Part shown: positions 42,285-50,278 of the stretch, in pieces | Layout: the number at the start of each line of letters is the position of its first letter | Numbering within the stretch: position 1 is the stretch's first letter | NCBI GenBank assembly: GCA_963931635.1 | Contig: OZ007034.1 | Location: 921,285-985,284, forward strand | Length of the DNA stretch: 64,000 nucleotides | Origin: an uncultured Bacteroides sp. | GTDB lineage: Bacteria > Bacteroidota > Bacteroidia > Bacteroidales > UBA11471 | Direction of reading: 5' to 3' | The notes under the pieces: generated by a model | What the model saw: the letters and a program-made list of their open reading frames with translations, nothing else | Told to the model about the DNA's origin: nothing | Databases searched by the model: none | Made by a program: the position numbers and the translations under genes

Positions 42285-43109
42285 ATGGGTAAAACACGGT
42301 TCTCTCTCTTTATCCCTCTTCTTTTGGTGGCCGCATTCATACAGGTGATTTTCGGTAACCCCGACCTCTCTGTCTTTGCTTTTCCGGTAAATGCGGCTAT
42401 TGTTCTGTTGTTGTTTGGCGGGCTCTATGTGTTCAACAGAGAGTACGCTGCGAACCGTTTTTTAGTGGCCCTTGCGTCGGGTCGCACCGCTGTGTCGGCT
42501 ATTGTACTGACCGGTATGGCGGGGCTGGTGATGCTCTTTTTCCCCTCTCTCGCATTTCAGAAGTCCTGGATTTTCGACGCCGTGCTGTTGCTCCTCGTCT
42601 CCAATCTTTTCCTGGCCCTGCTGCGGTACAGGGGACGGCACAGGTGGCGCTTTTACCTCAACCATGCCGGTTTGCTCATACTGGTAGTGGGGCTGGCTTT
42701 CGGGGCGGCCGACATGCGTGTGATGCGGGCATCCGTGAAGGTGGGCGAGAGCATCGACAAGGCCTATACCCGCGAAGGGGTTGCCCGTCCGCTCGGATAT
42801 ACATTGACACTGAAACATTTCGAAATAGAATATTACGATGCCGCCCGGCAGATACCGGCCGATTTCCGGGCCGAGGTTGTTGCCGACGGTGAGAGTCGCA
42901 CCATCAGGGTGAATGCCCCTTGGCATAAATCCTGGAAAGAAGATATTTATCTGGCTGCCTATGACACGGCTGCGGGTGGCGGGAGCGAGTATGGTGTGCT
43001 GGAATTTGTCGTGCAGCCGTGGAAAAACGTCGCCCTTGCCGGTCTGCTGCTGTTTGTGGCAGGTTCGCTGCTGATGGTGTGGGGCGGTAAAAAGAAAAAC
43101 TTGTCATGA
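42285..43109 (+). CDS. short ResB/CcsB-like cytochrome c biogenesis protein (System II)
   Basis: TM helices with YLNHAGLLILVVG (conserved His). C-terminal ...TIRVNAPWHKSWKEDIYLAAY resembles the ResB 'vN.P....g..iYq' block. Only 274 aa, so shorter than typical ResB. Confidence 0.6.
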   Translation: MGKTRFSLFIPLLLVAAFIQVIFGNPDLSVFAFPVNAAIVLLLFGGLYVFNREYAANRFLVALASGRTAVSAIVLTGMAGLVMLFFPSLAFQKSWIFDAVLLLLVSNLFLALLRYRGRHRWRFYLNHAGLLILVVGLAFGAADMRVMRASVKVGESIDKAYTREGVARPLGYTLTLKHFEIEYYDAARQIPADFRAEVVADGESRTIRVNAPWHKSWKEDIYLAAYDTAAGGGSEYGVLEFVVQPWKNVALAGLLLFVAGSLLMVWGGKKKNLS

Positions 43110-43882
43110 ACTGGGAACATTTTCCATACATCGCCGCCCTCTCGGTGCTCTTGTCGCTTGCGGGAGCCGTATGTGCCCTGCGCAACCCCCGGCGGTCGCC
43201 GACGGCCCTGCTCCTGTCGCTGGCCGGTGTGGGAGTGCTGGCCTTTTTCATCGGCGGGTTCTGGCTCTCGCTCGGACGGCCTCCCATGCGCACCATGGGC
43301 GAGACACGCCTCTGGTATTCGCTCTTTGTAATGATGGCGGGGCTCTTCGTCTACCGGCGGTGGAATTACCGGTGGCTGTTGTTGTTCACCACCGTACTGT
43401 CGGGCGTGTTCTGCATCATCAACGTGGTGAAGCCCGAGATACACGATGCCACGCTCGCACCAGCATTGCAGAGTGTCTACTTCATACCGCATGTGGCCGT
43501 CTACATGTTTGCCTACGGTCTGCTGGCCTGTGCCTTTCTGCTGGCTGTGGCCGGTCTTGTGCAGGGCAGGTATGGCTATTTGGAGTCGATAGACAATCTG
43601 GTGTACATTGCCACCGGGCTGCTCTTTCTCGGCATGCTCTCGGGCGCCTTGTGGGCCAAGGAGGCCTGGGGCGATTTCTGGGGCTGGGATCCCAAGGAGA
43701 CGTGGGCTGCCGTTACGGCAGCCGGGTATCTGACCTACATACACCTGCGCCTCACCCGGGTATCGGAGAGCCGCTGGCTCTATGTCGTGGTGGTGGTGAG
43801 CTTTCTCCTGCTGCAAATGTGCTGGTATGGGTATAAATACTTACCTTCGTCGGGCGAAAGCCTGCATCTCTATAATATGTAA
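43106..43882 (+). CDS. ccsA: cytochrome c biogenesis protein CcsA (haem handling, WWD motif)
   Basis: WAKEAWGDFWGWDPKETWA (Trp-rich WWD motif) and flanking His residues. ATGA overlap with the ResB-like gene. Confidence 0.8.
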   Translation: MNWEHFPYIAALSVLLSLAGAVCALRNPRRSPTALLLSLAGVGVLAFFIGGFWLSLGRPPMRTMGETRLWYSLFVMMAGLFVYRRWNYRWLLLFTTVLSGVFCIINVVKPEIHDATLAPALQSVYFIPHVAVYMFAYGLLACAFLLAVAGLVQGRYGYLESIDNLVYIATGLLFLGMLSGALWAKEAWGDFWGWDPKETWAAVTAAGYLTYIHLRLTRVSESRWLYVVVVVSFLLLQMCWYGYKYLPSSGESLHLYNM

Positions 43883-43927
43883 GAGACTAAATTTCAGTAT
43901 AAACCAAAAACCTAAACGTACAGAAAA

Positions 43928-45322
43928 ATGAAAACAAGTTCGAAAACCATTCTTGTTGCGATAGGAATCGTCGCAATAGGAGCGATTGTTTACCGGGCTG
44001 TCAACACGGCACCTCCCGAGTCGATGCCGGCCGATGAACGAATCGTGAAAATCTTTGAAGATGGCGGTTGTGCCGAGTGCCACACGGCCGACCCCGCGCT
44101 TCCCTTCTTCTCCAACTGGCCCATTGCCCGGAAGGTTATCACCGAGGATATCGTCAACGGATACAAGTCATTTGATATTGTTCCTATGATGACGGCCATC
44201 GAAAACGGTGAGGCTGTGAACGAAGTAGACCTGGCCAAAGTAGAAAAATCGGTCATGGACGGTACGATGCCGTTGGCCAAATATTATTTGGTGCACTGGG
44301 GTTCGTCGCTCACCCGCAAGAAATCGGACATGGTGTTGGCTTGGGTACGTAACCATCGTGCTCAGTTCTATCCCAACACGCTGGCCGCTGCCGAGTTTGC
44401 CAACGAGACCATCAGACCGATACCCGACTCAGTAGAGTACGACCCCGCCAAGGCTGCTCTCGGTGAGCTTCTCTACCACGACACCCGTCTATCGGCCGAC
44501 GGTACCGTTTCCTGTGCCACCTGCCACGGTATCAATACCGGCGGTGTCGACAACCTGAAATATTCCGAAGGCATCGGCGGACAACTGGGTGGTGTGAATG
44601 CTCCCACAGTGTTCAATGCCGTGTTCAACTTCGTACAGTTCTGGGACGGACGGGCCGCCACGCTGGCCGACCAGGCTGCCGGACCTCCCTTGAATCCCGT
44701 AGAGATGGGTTGCACCTCGTTCGACGAAATCGTAGCCCGTCTAGCCGAAGACAAGGCTTTCGTAAAGGCCTTCAATGCCGTCTATCCCGAAGGGTTGAGC
44801 CAGGCCACCATTACCGATGCCATTGCCCAATATGAGCATACCCTCATTACTCCCAACTCGCCTTTCGACCGTTACCTCAAAGGCGACAAGGAGGCTCTCA
44901 CCGCCGAGCAAGTCAAGGGCTTTGAACTCTTCAAGGAGTACAACTGCGCCACCTGCCACGCCGGTGTGAACATGGGCGGATTGAGCTATGAACTGATGGG
45001 TCAGCGGGCCGACTACTTCAAAGACCGCGAGCTTCAAGAGCGCTCGGGCCTGACCGATGGCGACAACGGTCGTTGGGCTCAGACCGGTATCGAACGCGAC
45101 CGTTTCCGCTTCCGCACCCCCGGCTTGCGCAACGTGGCTCTCACCTATCCCTATTACCACGACGGTAGTGTGAAATCCCTCGAAGAGGCTGTGGGCATGA
45201 TGGCCAAATATCAGGTAGGTAAGGAATTGTCGGCCGAAAACATTGCCACAATTACCGCTTTCCTGCACACCCTTACAGGTGAGTACAAGGGACAAACCCT
45301 CGTTAATGACAACATGAAATAA
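43928..45322 (+). CDS. membrane-anchored tri-haem cytochrome c peroxidase (YhjA-like quinol peroxidase)
   Basis: N-terminal TM anchor (ILVAIGIVAIGAIVY). Three CxxCH motifs: CAECH, CATCH, CATCH. Di-haem CCP/MauG core (...FWDGRA...PMG-like and ...FRTPGLRNV...PYYHDGS). Confidence 0.8.
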   Translation: MKTSSKTILVAIGIVAIGAIVYRAVNTAPPESMPADERIVKIFEDGGCAECHTADPALPFFSNWPIARKVITEDIVNGYKSFDIVPMMTAIENGEAVNEVDLAKVEKSVMDGTMPLAKYYLVHWGSSLTRKKSDMVLAWVRNHRAQFYPNTLAAAEFANETIRPIPDSVEYDPAKAALGELLYHDTRLSADGTVSCATCHGINTGGVDNLKYSEGIGGQLGGVNAPTVFNAVFNFVQFWDGRAATLADQAAGPPLNPVEMGCTSFDEIVARLAEDKAFVKAFNAVYPEGLSQATITDAIAQYEHTLITPNSPFDRYLKGDKEALTAEQVKGFELFKEYNCATCHAGVNMGGLSYELMGQRADYFKDRELQERSGLTDGDNGRWAQTGIERDRFRFRTPGLRNVALTYPYYHDGSVKSLEEAVGMMAKYQVGKELSAENIATITAFLHTLTGEYKGQTLVNDNMK

Positions 45323-45363
45323 GACTTTCTTCGCCACGTTCTTTGTTGAGCGGCGAGCCATAC

Positions 45364-45404
45364 AGACATTTCGAGACGTGTGCGTCTCGAAATGTCTTTT
45401 TTTT
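45364..45404 (+). terminator. strong rho-independent terminator after the peroxidase gene
   Basis: agacatttcgagacg (45364-78) pairs with cgtctcgaaatgtct (45383-97), followed by ttttttt. Confidence 0.9.
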
Positions 45405-45764
45405 ACCCCTTTTTTGCGGAGTATTTTTTGGCAAAATCAAATTGCAGGAGATAATGTAGTGATTATCTACACCTATAAATGATTTCTTAAAAATTTGTTG
45501 CAAAAAAATCATTATTATAAAATAATCCCGTATATTTGTTGCGTAATCCAAAACAAAATACCGCTTTCGAGCCTTATCACACACATATTATCCTTACTCA
45601 ATCGTTGACATCTCCGGGTGTTGCCAATGCCTGCACGACTGCTTTCAGCCGCGCGGTTTTCTTTTTTATGCGCATTTAGTCGCTCTGTTTTTTCATACAG
45701 TGTAGGGTGAGACAAGAAAATAACGTATTCAAAAAATCAAATCAGTTTTTCGTAAAAAAATATT

Positions 45765-46808
45765 ATGGGATTAATGCTCTTATACCTATTCGTGGCATTA
45801 GGTGTATCATTTACTTGTTCGGTACTCGAAGCCGTGCTGCTCTCGACGCCGATGTCGTTTATCACGATGAAGGAGCAGGAGGGAGGCGGAGCGTCGGCCC
45901 GACTGCTGAAAAAATACAAACAGAACATCGACAAGCCCATCTCGGCCATACTTTCGCTCAACACCATCGCCCATACCATTGGTGCGGCCGGTGTGGGAGC
46001 CGAGGCGGTGAAGATTTTCGGTGAGGCCTATTTCGGTATCATCTCGGCCATACTCACCATACTCATTCTCGTGCTTTCCGAGATTATACCCAAGACCATT
46101 GGCGCCTCGTACTGGCGCAGGCTGGCCCTCTTCTCGGCACAGGTGATACGGGTGTTTGTCTACATCTGCTATCCGCTCGTGCTGCTTTCGGAGTTGATAA
46201 CCCGCGTATTCTCTCCCAAGGAGAAAGAGGTGTCGGTAAGCCGTGAAGAGGTATCGGCCATGCTCACGGTGGGCGAAGAAGAGGGAGTCTTCGAGTCGAA
46301 AGAAAACAAGGTGATACAGAACCTTATCCGACTCAACAACGTAAAGGTAAAAGAGGTGATGACCCCTCGCGTGGTGACGGCCGTGGCCTCGGAAGAGATG
46401 ACCCTGCGCGACTTCTACAACGAGAAGTCCTACCGTTTCTATTCGCGCATACCCGTCTATGGCGACAGCAAAGACTACATCACCGGCTATGTGCTGCGGC
46501 GCACGGTGCTCGAAAACCTCACCGAAGACAAGTTCGACATGAAGCTCAAAGACATACGCCGGCCCATACCCTATTTCTCCGAAAACAAGTCGGTATCGAC
46601 CGTGTGGGAAAAACTTCTCGAACACAAGGAGCAGATAGCCCTCATCGTCGACGAGTACGGCTGCTTCCGCGGCATCATCACCATGGAAGATGTGGTAGAG
46701 ACCATCTTCGGCCTCGAAATCATCGACGAGACCGATACCGTCGTCGATATGCAGCAGCTGGCCCGCGATCGCTGGAACGCCCGCCTGCAACGCTACAAGG
46801 AGATGTAG
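45765..46808 (+). CDS. CNNM/CorC-type transporter-associated protein (DUF21 membrane domain plus CBS pair)
   Basis: The N-terminal DUF21 helices contain ...LSLNTIAHTIGAAGVG.... Then a CBS pair (VKEVMTPRV...; ...IALIVDEYGCFRGIITMEDVVETIFG). Confidence 0.8.
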   Translation: MGLMLLYLFVALGVSFTCSVLEAVLLSTPMSFITMKEQEGGGASARLLKKYKQNIDKPISAILSLNTIAHTIGAAGVGAEAVKIFGEAYFGIISAILTILILVLSEIIPKTIGASYWRRLALFSAQVIRVFVYICYPLVLLSELITRVFSPKEKEVSVSREEVSAMLTVGEEEGVFESKENKVIQNLIRLNNVKVKEVMTPRVVTAVASEEMTLRDFYNEKSYRFYSRIPVYGDSKDYITGYVLRRTVLENLTEDKFDMKLKDIRRPIPYFSENKSVSTVWEKLLEHKEQIALIVDEYGCFRGIITMEDVVETIFGLEIIDETDTVVDMQQLARDRWNARLQRYKEM

Positions 46809-46833
46809 TGTCGTCGTCGGTGTGACAAACAGG

Positions 46834-46875
46834 AGAGAGGCTCTGCCACGGCGGCAGAGCCTCTCTTTCATTTTA
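46834..46875. terminator. hairpin terminator between convergent genes
   Basis: agagaggctctgcc (46834-47) pairs with ggcagagcctctct (46853-66), followed by ttcatttt. Confidence 0.75.
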
Positions 46876-46880
46876 TTTTA

Positions 46881-47300
46881 TTAGTCGGAAATCTCGATAG
46901 CGGGATTGCGGCGCGATAGTTCCCTTACGAAAGCGTCGAGCTCTTTGGGCGAGACGAAGAGCGGCCGTTTCGCCCCTCTCAGCCTCAGCACGACACCGCG
47001 GCGGGAGAGGGCATAGGCCGCCGCAAACGGGCAGCGCCGCACGGTGACGGACACGCCGGTGATAGCCGTTACCGGCACACGGCAGGTGGCCAGATAGCCC
47101 GAGCGCACGACAAGCGTGCCGTCGTCGAGAAAACGGTATTCGGTGCCGGTGATGCGGGCAATGAGAAATACCGCCCCCAGCATGCACACCACCCATGCCA
47201 CCACATACCCCACCCACAGGCAGTAGAGCATGGCAGCCGTCGCCACCGCCAGCAGCGAATAAAATGCCGTACCGTCGATTCCCGATTTAAATGTGCGCAT
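46881..47300 (-). CDS. bacterial PH-domain (bPH) membrane protein
   Basis: Two N-terminal TM helices are followed by ...TEYRFLDDGTLVVRSGYL...PVTAITGVSV...VVLRL..., as in YdbS/YdbT-type PH domains. High-GC codon usage like the host. Confidence 0.6.
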   Translation of the reverse strand: MRTFKSGIDGTAFYSLLAVATAAMLYCLWVGYVVAWVVCMLGAVFLIARITGTEYRFLDDGTLVVRSGYLATCRVPVTAITGVSVTVRRCPFAAAYALSRRGVVLRLRGAKRPLFVSPKELDAFVRELSRRNPAIEISD

Positions 47301-47366
47301 GGGCAGAATACTTTTGTTAAACTAATTCAATTTCTCAGATAACGCGGTTTCCTTGAAAATGTTGTT

Positions 47367-48278
47367 TTACTCCCGATATAACATACCGGCATTGCGGGTT
47401 ATGTTGGCTACCACGTCGCGCAGCCACGAAGGTGACTCCACCTCTATCTCATCGCCGTAGGAGAGTATTTCCTTGACAAAGTCGAAAGAGGGTCGCAGTT
47501 GGTATTCAAAAATCTTGAAATCCATCTCTTTGTCGGTCTCTATCTCTTTCTGGCTGTGATGCAGGGGCAACGAACGTATATATTTGTATTGGTTGCCATA
47601 AACGATGAGGCGTACCGTCTCTATCTTTTTGTCCGTATCCACGATGATGCCGAAACAGGAAGAGAAAAATTCCTGGGCATCGAAGTCGTCCGGCAAAGAA
47701 AAAGTCTGTTCGGTTATATGGATAGAAGAAATGCGATCCAGCGAAAAAACCAATAAATCGTTTTGCCGGCAGCTGCGTGCCAATACATACCAGCGTTGAC
47801 GGAATATTTTTAGGCAGTATGGTTCTATGTCGAACGTTTTGGTCGATTTTTTCCAGAAACTTTGATACGAAATGGTTACCACTCTATTGCAGCGCATGGC
47901 TTCGATCATGGGAATAAGGTATTTTTCGCCCGAAGGTATGTTCTCCAATAGAATTCTTTTTTTGAGGAGATGATTTTCATTAATGATATTATTTACGGCG
48001 AAAGTATTCAGTAACCATTTTTTTATATCATTTTTTTCGATGTCTTCAACATTTTCGATGTAATAACAGTATCCGTTGCGTCTCTCACATTCGATGTTGA
48101 TATCGAAAATATCTTCGATGGCTTTTCTGTGATTATGGAATGTGCGTATGGGTATGGTCTCTCCCTCGCTCATGCCGGAGAGTAACCATTTTTCATTGAT
48201 TTCTTCGAGCGAAATTTTGCCTGCCCGATAAATGGTATTGATGAGCCAGATGTATCTGGTAAATAGATTTTTTGCCAT
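47367..48278 (-). CDS. WYL domain-containing transcriptional regulator (HTH-WYL-WCX architecture)
   Basis: MAKNLFTRYIWLINTIYRAGKISLEEINEKW (wHTH-like). Central ...IEPYCLKIFRQRWYVLARS...LLVFSLDRI (WYL beta-barrel signature). AT-rich codons. The longer 48485 start reads through repeat DNA and is rejected. Confidence 0.75.
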   Translation of the reverse strand: MAKNLFTRYIWLINTIYRAGKISLEEINEKWLLSGMSEGETIPIRTFHNHRKAIEDIFDINIECERRNGYCYYIENVEDIEKNDIKKWLLNTFAVNNIINENHLLKKRILLENIPSGEKYLIPMIEAMRCNRVVTISYQSFWKKSTKTFDIEPYCLKIFRQRWYVLARSCRQNDLLVFSLDRISSIHITEQTFSLPDDFDAQEFFSSCFGIIVDTDKKIETVRLIVYGNQYKYIRSLPLHHSQKEIETDKEMDFKIFEYQLRPSFDFVKEILSYGDEIEVESPSWLRDVVANITRNAGMLYRE

Positions 48279-48284
48279 AATGTA

Positions 48285-48520
48285 CAAATATAGTGAAAGG
48301 CGAGAGCAGAGGCAAGGGAGAAAACGGAGTTTTCGTCGATGACTATGCCGAGCCGCCTCCTGTATTCTGAAAATATAGCGAAAGGCGAGAGCAGAGACAA
48401 GGGAGAAAACAAAGTTTTCGCCAAAGACTATGCCGAGCCGCCTCCTGTATTCTGAAAATATAGTGAAAGGCGAGAGCAGAGACAAAGAGGAAAAGATAAT
48501 TTTATATCGAGCCGCTTAGG
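48285..48520 (-). repeat. tandem array (about 2.8 units) of the 85-bp hairpin repeat family, inverted orientation
   Basis: Unit heads (tctcgcctttcac on the minus strand) fall at 48305, 48390 and 48475, an exact 85-bp period. A degenerate partial unit extends to ~48520. Confidence 0.85.
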
Positions 48521-48528
48521 TTCTGTAA

Positions 48529-48564
48529 TGAAAAAATAAAACAGGCAAGCGCAAGCTTGCCTGT
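48529..48564 (-). terminator. rho-independent terminator ending the 5-gene island operon
   Basis: acaggcaagc (48541-50) pairs with gcttgcctgt (48555-64). On the minus strand it is followed by tttatttttt. It lies 7 nt after the stop of the 77-aa ORF. Confidence 0.8.
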
Positions 48565-48570
48565 TTTATT

Positions 48571-48804
48571 TTAGCTGCGCTTGGTCCATGACCTACCTTC
48601 GGTTGTCGAATAAAACAGTCCTTTGGTCGTTTGGGCTAAAATTTCTTTTCCATTATCGATCAAATCCAGAAAATCTCCGATATTGGAGTTTGGTTGGAAC
48701 CGAACGGTCCATGATCTTCCGTCCGTGAAAGAATATTCGAGTTTCCCTGCTGAAACCGGGGAGATGCGGATAAGTTCTTTTCCGCGTTTAATCATTTTGG
48801 GCAT
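48571..48804 (-). CDS. 77-aa protein with two Asp-box/BNR-like hairpin motifs
   Basis: Internal duplication KLEYSFTDGRSWTVR / GLFYSTTEGRSWTKR (S-x-T-[DE]-G-R-S-W). AT-rich codons. Last gene of the operon. Confidence 0.5.
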   Translation of the reverse strand: MPKMIKRGKELIRISPVSAGKLEYSFTDGRSWTVRFQPNSNIGDFLDLIDNGKEILAQTTKGLFYSTTEGRSWTKRS

Positions 48805-48874
48805 AAGTATTTGTTTTTAGAGTGGTGCCTCATGTTTACGGTCTTTGGCATTACCGGCATATATCCATATGTTA

Positions 48875-49501
48875 TTATTCTGGGGTTGAGTGGTTATTCC
48901 ATTGGCCTATTTTGTAATTGATAATACTGTTTTTACAATCTATTAGACCTTTTATTACTGCATTGAGATTTTCTATGTCAATTGTTTTGCTAATGTTCGG
49001 AATACTGATTTTTTCCCATTTTTTCTTATCTCTGTCATAGTTATACGTTATAGTTAAGTTGGAGGCAGTGTTATAAAACCGGGTACAGGAGTAGGTACAG
49101 GTGTCGTTTTGTATTTGTGTTTCGATTTTTTCGAGAGTGCTTATCAATTCTGTGATTGCATCGAGTGGATAATATATATCATCTGCCCCTATAAGAAATC
49201 CGCATCGTTCGTTTTTATCCATATTTTCGAAGAATTGTATGGATAACCAAGTTTTTTCAAGATGCTCCTTTTCAATATATGTGTATATATTATAATTATA
49301 TTCAGATGTGGTGTATTTATATAAGGGGATTTCTGTGATGCTTAAGGCGAATGTTTCGATAGATTGTTGTGGTATTATATTCCAAAGTTCATATTCTTCG
49401 TTTGGTACATTACCCGAAAATGTGTTGCCGTTGTTTTCACAACTGCTTGTCAGTAGAGCAAAAAATAGTCCGATACCGATAAGAAGAAAAAGTTTTTTCA
49501 T
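48875..49501 (-). CDS. lipoprotein, unknown function (island)
   Basis: Signal/lipobox MKKLFLLIGIGLFFALLTSSC|ENNGN. No recognisable domain. 8-nt gap to the upstream gene. Confidence 0.65.
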   Translation of the reverse strand: MKKLFLLIGIGLFFALLTSSCENNGNTFSGNVPNEEYELWNIIPQQSIETFALSITEIPLYKYTTSEYNYNIYTYIEKEHLEKTWLSIQFFENMDKNERCGFLIGADDIYYPLDAITELISTLEKIETQIQNDTCTYSCTRFYNTASNLTITYNYDRDKKKWEKISIPNISKTIDIENLNAVIKGLIDCKNSIINYKIGQWNNHSTPE

Positions 49502-49509
49502 AAGTGTTG

Positions 49510-50274
49510 TTATTTTTTGAGATTACATAGAATATCTTCAACGATTGTGTCGAAATAGGCATCCATGGTACCTTTTCCTTTATACATGAATCCGCGTGGG
49601 TGAAAAGTGCGATAGGCCCATTTTATGCCGGGAATTTCAACCCTGGCTATTTCTTGGCCATGGGCCGAGGTCAGGGGCGAGAACGTAACGCCTTGAATGC
49701 GCTTGACAATGACAGGGTCGTACGATGGTCCCGTGAGGAATAATACGACATCGGGTTTCAGTATGCGCAGTTCTTCTTCCACGACAGGGAAATATCGCAT
49801 TTCGACCTCCTGTATCTGTTGCGGAGGAATGCCGATTGCATTTTTCTGCCCGGGAATGCGGGCTTTTCCTATTTTCACGATATTGTTCCATACATACTCG
49901 ATGGTGCGTCCCGGGCATTTTTCGCGAAGGCGGGACATGAATTTCTCCATGCCGTGCATGAATATTTTTCGGCTGCCGTCGCCATAATTGAAGTAGCCGT
50001 TGTAAATTTCTTGTATGCGGTCTATTTCTTCGCGGGGGGCGATGTTCTCAGCCGAAAACGTGCCTCCCCAATCGTTGTTCTCACGGCCGAAAACAACGAC
50101 ACGCAAGTCGGCTTTCTCGTAATCGGCTCCGTTGTCTTTTACAAACAGCAGAAGCGGATTGGTGGGTAGGGAGGAGGCCGCTGTGTTTACTGTCACCGAT
50201 TTCATTGCCTTGCAGAAGTCGGGCCATAACCCGGAGTACAGATCCATGAGTTTGTCATCTACATCTTTTTTCAT
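49510..50274 (-). CDS. cytoplasmic hypothetical protein with UDG-superfamily-like motif order
   Basis: LRVVVFGRENNDWGG (aa 57-71), WNNIVKIGK (129-137), KPDVVLFLTGPS (173-184) and TFHPRGF (223-229). These occur in the same order as the family-4 UDG blocks as I recall them. No Fe-S cysteines. Confidence 0.55.
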   Translation of the reverse strand: MKKDVDDKLMDLYSGLWPDFCKAMKSVTVNTAASSLPTNPLLLFVKDNGADYEKADLRVVVFGRENNDWGGTFSAENIAPREEIDRIQEIYNGYFNYGDGSRKIFMHGMEKFMSRLREKCPGRTIEYVWNNIVKIGKARIPGQKNAIGIPPQQIQEVEMRYFPVVEEELRILKPDVVLFLTGPSYDPVIVKRIQGVTFSPLTSAHGQEIARVEIPGIKWAYRTFHPRGFMYKGKGTMDAYFDTIVEDILCNLKK

Positions 50275-50278
50275 AAGA

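Noticed and set aside
47367-48485. ORF-caller extensions reading through the 85-bp repeats. These are the N-terminal 69 aa of the WYL ORF, the 57210 start of the MFS ORF, the 56951 start of rubrerythrin, and the small ORFs 48170-48424, 56838-57032 and 39476-39844.
   Set aside because: The extensions translate repeat DNA into reiterated peptides (LSPFTIFSEYRRRLGIV...). Canonical N-termini (MAKNLF..., MKKDKLW..., MKLKGSLTEQNLL...) begin at internal ATGs just downstream of -7 boxes.
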